Below, piece by piece: positions 56,023 to 64,000 of a stretch of 64,000 nt of DNA. Position numbers and translations under genes: made by a program. This stretch comes from Azolla caroliniana (lineage: Eukaryota; Plantae; Polypodiophyta): assembly GCA_043228905.1 (NCBI GenBank), contig JBHGNT010000014.1:1612001-1676000 (forward strand), read 5' to 3'. The notes beneath the pieces were generated by a model. That model was not told the DNA's origin, made no database searches, and saw nothing but the letters and a program-made list of their open reading frames with translations. Positions within the stretch are counted from its first letter, which is position 1, and the number at the start of each line of letters is the position of its first letter.

Positions 56023-57299
56023 TACATGGTGTGGACTGTTTACAATTGTAGCCACTGCTACATATCATTACTATTATTATTACTATAATAATAATAATAA
56101 TCTGTTTAAATAATCGACTCTCTGTTGTCAACTCTTTGACTGTCGGCTATTTCCGAACAGTCGGTACCTTCAACTCTTCAACTATTGGCTACTTCCGAAC
56201 AGTTGGTTCCTCCCACTGGAGGGACATATCCCCAACACAAGGGGAACCGGTCAAATGAGGAACGGAATTTGACTCAGTTGAAGAAGTCGAAGAAGAACCG
56301 ACCGTGGCGAATGGAGGCCTAAGATATCCCCTAAGAGAAAGAAGACCCCCCCGAATATTTCCGGATGAAGAATGTGTATTGTTAACCGATGAGGGTGTGC
56401 CGCAAACCTTTGAAGAAGCTAAGAACGATATCCACAGTCAAAAGTGGTTAAGTGCCATGCAAGAGGACATGGATTCCTTGCATGAGAACCACACATACGA
56501 ATTGACCAAGTTGCCGAAAGGGAATACGACACAATGGAATAAGTGGGTATACAAGTTGAAACTAGGAGACGACGGGAATCCACTGACATATAAAGCCTGA
56601 ATCATGGTGAAAGGCTTTCAACAAAAGAACGGTGTCGATTTCGACGAAATATTTGTGCCGGTCGTGAAGATGACGTCAATCCGAACAATGTTGAGCATTG
56701 TGGCCAGCATGGATCTCGACGTCGAGTAGTTAGACGTCAAGACTACCTTCTTCCATGGAGATTTGGAGGAAGAGATATACATGCACCTACAGGAAGGATT
56801 CAAAGAAAAAGGTAAAGAAAACCTGGTATGCTGATTGAGAAAGAGCCTGTACGGGCTAAAATTGGCACCTCGACAATGGTACCGAAAGTTTGAATCTTTC
56901 ATGGTGGATCATGGTTTCGGCAAGACAAAAGCTGATCATTGCATCTTTGTCAAGAAGTATGATGGAGAAGATTTTCTCATCCTCCTAGTGTATGTGGATG
57001 ACATGATGATTGTCGGATACAACCTAAGGAAAATCGGAAGTTTGAAGAAGACCTTGAGTAGGTCGTTCTCGATGAAAGATATGGGTCCAGGAAAACAAAT
57101 CCTGGGAATGCACATTGTTCGGGATCAAACAAAGAAATTGTTATGGCTATCACAAGAGAAGTACATGACAAAGGTACTCTAGATATTCGGTATGGAAAGT
57201 GCAAAACCGGTCAGCTCGACACTTCTGACAAACTGCAAGTTGAGCAAGAACCAATGTCCGAAATCGAAAACCGAGAAGGCCGATGTGATGTTGCACGGT

Positions 57300-58317
57300 A
57301 CCGGATGTCAGGTACAACACATCTTGGGAAAAGACAATGTGGTAGAAAATATGCTATCAAGGGCATGGTTCGGAGACGACATAGTCGAATTAGATAATGA
57401 AGAAGTTTTAGAAGACAACATTACTTCGAACTACGCATGCCGGGTGCACGTAATCCGAGAATTTTGGGAAGAAGAATATGAAGGGCAAAACTTGTTGATC
57501 GGAAAAATGCTACAAGAGATTGGGGAATCATCAGATAATAAAGAAAAGAGAGTCGAGATCCGGAAGAAGAAGGGACAAGTCTAGAAGTTCTTCCTGAACA
57601 ATTTATACCAAAGCTAGAGGGAGCCGAAAAGACCAAATAGTATACCATCACGGGTAGTCGGTACAAAGGAACAACATAAACAAATAATATCTTAATTTCA
57701 TGAATCTGATTGGGTTGGGCATCGGGGAACATGGGTGACATTTGCGAAGATGAAGCAAAAATATTGGTGGAAGAATATGTACAAGGACGTAGTAGAGTTC
57801 ACAAAAAGCCGCAGATAAATGTCAAATCTACTCTAGAATTCAACACTGGGATGAGCTACATCGGACATTCTCACCGACAATCAATTTCAAATGGATGATT
57901 GACATCGTGGCCATGACCACCAACATCGGACAAAAGAAGTACTTGGTACTAGAACGGGAGGATCTAACAAACCAAGTAGAAGGTCAAGCGCCGGAAACGG
58001 AGGAAAACATGTTCTGCAGTATGCCAATTTCTCTTGGAAGAAGTTTTTTGTAGGTATGGGTGCGTAGGAGAAGTAATTGTGGATCAGTGAGAACTTGAAT
58101 CTGATAAAGCTAGGGAATTCTTGGCAAAAAACAGAGTACGGTTGACACTAACCTCAACATATAATCTAGAAACTAACGAGAAGATTGAGTGAGGACATAG
58201 TCCAATCGTGATAGCATTGGGAAAAGCATGTGACGGAACGGTGAAGCTCTCCATAGTTGCTTCGGTATGCACTATGGGTGGATCACACAACACATAGTTC
58301 CGTAGCCGGTTACATGC
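57300..58317 (+). pseudogene. Fragment of an element-A-family Gypsy RNaseH end and integrase
   Basis: KDNVVENMLSRAWFGDDIVE..MLQEIGESSDNKEKRVEIR closely matches element A around 13300-13520; many stops. Confidence 0.85.
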
Positions 58318-60260
58318 TGATAGGGTGTATAAGACAGATGATAGTCGTACACAATATGAGGGCTTGACCAAGACGATTAGATGGAGTTGTGAATTATAAT
58401 AGATTATAACGGCCAAGATAACTATGAATTAGAGAGGGAGACTCAAGAAATCAAGACAAAAGGTACAGAAGATAAGAAAGAGATAAGAATGTTATAATAT
58501 TCAACTATCCAGACCATACAACGGGGATAAACTCCAAATTCAACTAAAAACCAAACAACCTCTAGACTTCCAATCACCTAAACCCCCAAATGTCTTTCAC
58601 TATTCTTCCTTAATCGCTTTCTCCTTCGACCACGCCTCTTTCTTCCACTTCTAAGACTCTATTTTCCACTCCCAAAAACCCTCTTTAAAGATATCACTTC
58701 TTCTTTTATAATCTTCCTCTTCTTCCTCGTTCATGCTATTTTTAGAGGTTTTTTATCTCCTATTTTTATTTAAGGCACATCGACCTTCTAATTGTCATAT
58801 CTCCCTCATCCGAGCTCCAAATTTAGAGCTTTAAAACAAGATTTCTAAACCATATTTGGGTTATAAACGAAAGAGTTATGACCATTCCTTTTTGACTGTT
58901 TTTTGTGGCCCACTTTTTCTCCTTTTACTTTTCTTTGTGTCTCTTACTTTTACTTTTGACTTCTTCTTAAGGTCTTGGTTCGTGTTCTTAGCCTCCAAAT
59001 GTGAATGATTCATACCTTATATTCTTTTGATGTTCAATAGTGTGAATTCTAAAAACACTTTCACACATGCCAAGGAAGTAGTTATGATCCTCAATGGGGG
59101 GTGTTCCCAATGGGCAAAAATTAGGTTCATTAGTTAGTAATTACTATTTATCTTTTTACTTCCATTGAATGTAGTGTTTCCTCTCATTTTGTGCCATTGG
59201 TGTAATACTTGGTACCAGAGCTAGGTTAGGATTGGCGGGCCATTCCAGCAAGAGGATATTGAAGAAGTGGCAGAAGACACCACAAGAAGGAGTCAAGGTA
59301 ACCACAAAGATACTAGACTGGTCCCCCCTCCCCCCCCCCCCCCCCCCCCCTTTTATCTAACCAATGGTGGAAAGAAGGCGAAGAAGAGGGATCAACTTGG
59401 GGGAGCTGGGGAATGGAGGAGGCACACCATCGAGGGAGATCGCACTAGACCGAGGCGACAAAGAGGGCAAGGAATTAGAGAGCGGAAGGTTCAATATGGG
59501 AGATGAGAGATGGCAGAGAGAATAGGAGGAATCGGGCGTGCAAACGGGAGACCCATAAGGGAGAAGGCATGCTGAAGGAGGATCACGATGTTTGGAGGAG
59601 ATGGTGCAAAGGCTAGAAGTAGGTAATTCCATAACCACCGTAACCACTAAGGATCACTCAAGGCTATCAAACCAAAAATGTACATGGGGGAGAGGAACTT
59701 AGTGGTACTTACAAGATGGATCAAGGAAACCAAACTATTCCTCATCCAAAGTCAGGTAGAACCTGACTTGTGGGTGATGGTCTCCGCGTGTTTTTTGGAT
59801 GGACCAACACAAAATTGGTACATGTTGGGAGGATGCGTGTTTGAGTTCACGCCCTGGACGGAGTTCAAACGGGAGTTGCATCATTACTTCATACCACAGA
59901 ATGAACATCTCCGTATCATGGATGAATGGAGGATGATGAGACAAGGGGAAGGGCAACTCACCGTGTATATTGAGAGGTATCACCAAGTGACATTGTAGTT
60001 GCCACATCTTTATCAAATCACGAAACTCAACGAGGGTTCGTAGTTGGATTGAAGCCTCACATCAGGCTAGAGGTAGAGAAGGTGAACCCCCAAACTTGTG
60101 AGGAAGCCATGAAGGTGGCGGAGAGGATAGGTGACATAGAAGAGAGCTCATGGCCTTTCCACAACAATCTAGGAAGTACACCCAACAATCGCGGGTGGAC
60201 GACTACCACTAGCTCGGTAGGAAGAGGAATAACATGAGCTGATCCAAATTGATCAAGCTA
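58318..60260 (+). mobile_element. Decayed tRNA-Met-primed Gypsy: probable 5' LTR (about 58318-59207), PBS and gag remnant
   Basis: TGGTACCAGAGC-TAGGTT at 59210; retrotransposon gag-like FLDGPTQNWY..WTEFKREL..RQGEG..GLKPHIR..TCEEAMKVAE. LTR limits are approximate. Confidence 0.65.
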
Positions 60261-63200
60261 TGTAGAAAGTAGCGTGTGGAAGCAAGTATGAAGACCGAAC
60301 AGAAGGAAGGAAACTCAGGTTCAATGGAGAGCTTGGGCTTACACGGTATACGCAGGAGAGACAGAGAGAGTAGACACAAAAACTATATTCGACAATAATA
60401 CTTAATCTCTGTACATAAGACGTGCTCAGTGAGCACTTTTATACAAGTCCTAGAAGGACTGACCGAAGTACTGACAGTACTTCAATGCTCATCAAGAGCT
60501 CCTACACTAACTCCCAAATATATTCCTCACGGAATATCTTTCCTAACGGCCTCCCGGTTTATGCACTCGGCCTAACCGATCGGTCCCAACCGATCCGGTC
60601 CTCGGCTTCTTCAGCCGAACCGGCCGATGTTGAGCTTGTCTCTCAACACTCCCCCTCAAGCTCAACTTGAGGCTCTTCGAGATCTTCACAGCACCGGTTC
60701 CTCCTGGCTTCTCGCCTCGCTCGCGCTCCTCGACCTGTTCGACTCCGCGCGCTTTGACCTTTCCGGTCGGCTTGTCTGCTCATGTGGCCCTCATCAGCTC
60801 TTCTGTTGTTGCGGTGTTGACGCTTCTTCTTCTGCCTTTTCTTCCACTTGGGCCTCGGTTGATTCAGCGTGTCTGAATCAAACATCCGAACCGACTTGGC
60901 TACCTCCGATCGGTTTTCGCTCTCGTCCGAGTTGGCTGTCTCCAACTCATCTTCGGTCTTCTCGCCCTCGATGGCGTTATCTTCCCCATGCATGGTTGGC
61001 TTCGGCTCTCTCCTTTGGTTGCTCCCCTTCTGTCCGCTTCCGAGCTTTTCCGCGGGTCCGCCCTCGGCTTCTTCAGCTGATCCGATGTCGAACTTGTCAA
61101 CCGACTCGGTGTTGCGGAGTCCGCTCCTTTCCTGCTGCCTTGCTTGGTCGTTCGGGACTGTTCTCTCCCTCAAGTTCGGCACGTCAAGGTGACGCAAACC
61201 GAGCGCACCTGAGAATTGCCGCAACTTGTCCAGACCAAGAGGCTTGGTGAAGATGTCGGCAGCCTGCCGATCCGTCAGAACGTACTGAAGTTCGAATTCA
61301 CCGGAAAGGACACGCTCACAGACGAAATGGTAATGCACATCAATGTGCTTGGTCCGTGCGTGGAAAAGGGGGTTCTTCGTGAGCTGGATGCTGCTGAGGT
61401 TGTCGCAGTAGATCGTCGTCGGATCTGACACCTCCTCTTGCAGGTCCTTAAGTAGCCGCTTCAACCATATGGCTTCGCATGTCGCGACAGCCGCTCCTCG
61501 GTACTCAGCTTCGGTGCTCGACAGAGCAACTGTCGGCTCGGATCTGACACCTCCTCTTGCAGGTCCTTAAGTAGCCGCTTCAACCATATGGCTTCGCATG
61601 TCGCGACAGCCGCTCCTCGGTACTCAGCTTCGGTGCTCGACAGAGCAACTGTCGGCTGCTTCTTACTGCACCACGCGATCGCGGCACTCCCGAGGGAGAA
61701 CGAGTATCCAGACGTGGATCGGCGATCGGCAGCGTTGCTAGCCCAATCAACATCGGTGTAACCGACTAACTGCGCGACTGCACTGGTCCAATATAGCAGT
61801 CCTCGGTCCTTAGTGTCGTTGACATACCGAAGTATGCGTCGCGCACATTGAAGGTGCTCCTCGGTAGGTCGCGCCATGAACTGACTGATCACCCCGACCG
61901 GGTAACTGAGGTCGGGTCGGGTGATGGTCAAGTATATGAGGCTTCCGACAATTTGTCGAAACCTCGTCGGGTCGCATACCTTTCCCGTATCGGGACGAAG
62001 CTTGACGGTTCTGTCCAAAGGAGTCGAGATGGACTTACAATCGGCCATCCCGAGTTTGAAGAGCATACTCAGCACGTAATGACGTTGGCTGATCCCGAGG
62101 AAGTAATGAAGGTCCCCCAGATCCTTCATGTCGAACGATGCCGCAAGCTGGAGCTTCACGCGGTTGATTTCACCTAGGTCAGTGCCGGTGATGACCAAGT
62201 CATCAACATACAGTAAAATACTAACCGGTCCGAGTCGACCTTTCCGGATGAACAGGGAAGAGTCCGATTTTGACGTGACGAAGCCCAACCGACGCAGTTG
62301 TTGCGTGATCTTCGCGTTCCAGGCACGCGGGGCTTGCTTCAGTCCGTAAAGGGACTTCTTCAGTCGGCATATTGCCGAGGAGTTCGTTCCAGAGTGAAAT
62401 CTGGGGGGCTGTACCATGTACACTTGTTCCTCAAGGTCACCTTGTAGGAACGCATTCTTTACATCCATGTGATGTAGGTGCCACCCCTTGGCCGCGGCTA
62501 CTGCGAGCAAAACACGGACGGTCGTCATTTTCACAATCGGCGCAAACGTCTCATCATAGTCGATGCCGTGTTTCTGCGTGTAGCCCTTTGCCACTAGCCG
62601 AGCCTTGTACCGGTTGACCGAGCCATCGGTGTTGTACTTGACCTTGTACACCCACCTACACCCGATCGGCTTCACACCCTTTGGTGCGTCAACTAGGTCC
62701 CAGGTCTCGTTCTCCACCAATGCGTGCATCTCTACCTCCATCGCGGCGCGCCAATTCGCGTCCTTAGCCGCTTCTACGTAGCTCTCCGACTCACGCACTT
62801 CCGCTACACGGGTCATGTACGCATAATGATGCGCCATGTACTCGTTGTATCCGAACCGCACAACTGGGTTCTTCTGGCGGGTAGATCGGCGTAATCTCGC
62901 ATTAGCCGATGTCAAGTCCTTCTCGGTCGACGCGGTCTTCACCTTTAAAGACCCGTCACCAGTTCCCTCGGAGTCGGACTCGCGTCGGTCTGACTCGTTC
63001 CTTTCCGTGCCGGAATCCGACACCTTCTTCTTCCCTTTCTCTTTGCGCGTAAGCCGTCTCCTCGGCTTCCTGCGCGGGGAATGCACGACCGAGTCTCCAC
63101 TACTCGCCGGCTCTTCATCGGACTGGTCGTACCGACTCAGTCGTCCAATCGGTCCACTTAACCGGAGTGAAATCGGACTCTCTTCGCGGGTCTCGATTTC

Positions 63201-64000
63201 GGGCTCATTCGGAGGCATCTCGGCCTCGCTGACCTCATCGTCAGAGCTCGGATTGGAGTCGAGGTTCGTAGTCGGGGGCAGGTACCAGGACGCGGACTCG
63301 TCAAACACAACGTCGCGGCTGACACGCGCTTGTTTGGTACGAGGGTTATAGCACTTATAAACCTTCTGCTCGTCCGAGTAACCGACCAAGATGCATTTCT
63401 CGGCCTTTGCGTCCAGCTTCCTCCTTTTCTCCTTCGGTACATGCACATACGCAATGCTACCGAACACCCTCAAGTGTCGCAAGTTCGGCTTCGTTCCGAA
63501 ATATAGCTCTTGCGCCGACACTTTGTCTCCGATCCGGTTCTGGATGTATACCGCGGTCCTTACCGCCTCGACCCAGTAGAACTTGGGCAAGCTCTTTTCC
63601 TCCAACATTGCCTGTGCCGCTTCCACAACTGACCGATTCTTCCTCTCGGCGACGCCGTTCTGCTCCGGCGTGTATCTACAACTGAATTCGTGCCGAATTC
63701 CTATTTGTTGTAGATAACCGTTGAATTGACCAGAAAAATACTCTTTCCCGCCATCCGACCGCATGCACTTGATCTTTCGTCCCGTTTCGGTTTCCACGAA
63801 CCCTTTGAGGTCCCGGAAACAGTCGAACACTTCGCTCTTCCTCTCAATGAGGTAGATCCACGTGTGCCGCGTGTGGTCGTCGATGAAGGAGACGAAATAT
63901 CGGCTCCCGCCAAGACTAAAGTTTTGTGCCGGCCCCCACACATCGGAGTGTATAAGGTCGAGCTTGTTCCGGCTCCGGTTTCGCTCGTTGGGGAAGGGAA
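60261..64000 (-). mobile_element. Element J: Ty1/Copia of a different lineage (3' LTR about 60261-60648, PPT, INT-RT-RH); continues beyond the window
   Basis: CTCAACA LTR end followed by PPT TTGAGGGGGAG; SDGGKEY, QNGVAER, KLDAKA, MDVKNAFLQG, LYVDDL, SSTEAEY, KHIDVHYHF. Left LTR limit uncertain. Confidence 0.88.
60643..63941 (-). pseudogene. Element J pol, frameshifted by a 119-bp tandem duplication in RNaseH
   Basis: ORFs 61461-63941 and 60643-61464; duplicated block 61419-61537 / 61538-61656. Confidence 0.85.

Larger units (their letters stand above)
43280..56237 (-). mobile_element. Element F: decayed full-length Tnt1-like Copia nested in E; hosts G, H and an RTEX-like LINE
   Basis: LTRs 43280-43877 and 54384-56237 (the latter split by the LINE), PBS-iMet 54369-54380, PPT from 43878, TSD CAAGG/CAAGG. 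Coding fragments at 43888-45111 and 50369-53152. Confidence 0.92.
40432..57290 (+). mobile_element. Element E: decayed Tnt1-like Copia (gag to INT at 41121-43279, RT at 56243 to about 57290), host of element F; 3' end lost
   Basis: LLLLRSLPDQWETL, CFYCG.PGHF..NC, INRSPSVPL, LTDEG.P.TFEEA, SLYGLK..PRQWY, VYVDDM. Confidence 0.85.

Noticed and set aside
59325-59350. Long poly-C tract giving a polyproline ORF
   Set aside because: Homopolymer in a decayed retrotransposon leader; its length is unreliable and there is no coding support.

Overview
Eukaryotic nuclear DNA, very likely from a non-seed land plant such as a moss (inferred from the retrotransposon lineages). The first ~11 kb is AT-rich. 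It holds the 3' end of an L1-type LINE, several local duplications, a short 25S rRNA-derived scrap and the only recognisable host gene: an intronless glutaredoxin-like (GRX plus four CxxC motifs) gene at 6818-8341. The remaining ~53 kb is a nested retrotransposon cluster, most of whose boundaries can be resolved to the base from LTR ends, primer-binding sites (PBS), polypurine tracts (PPT) and target-site duplications (TSD). It contains four insertions of a tRNA-Trp-primed Ty3/Gypsy lineage: decayed elements A and C, a pol-less element B with a large repetitive Gag extension, and a solo LTR. All four have 4-bp TSDs centred on CG. It also contains a young self-priming Tf1/Tcn1-type chromovirus, a nested set of Tnt1-like Copia elements including one intact copy, an RTEX-like LINE, and further decayed L1, Gypsy and Copia pieces. 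The most notable signals are CG-centred integration, the pol-less Gag-extension element, a -1 frameshift pseudoknot placed after the protease, and a U3 module shared by a Gypsy LTR and a Copia LTR. All alignments were done by eye; no searches were run.
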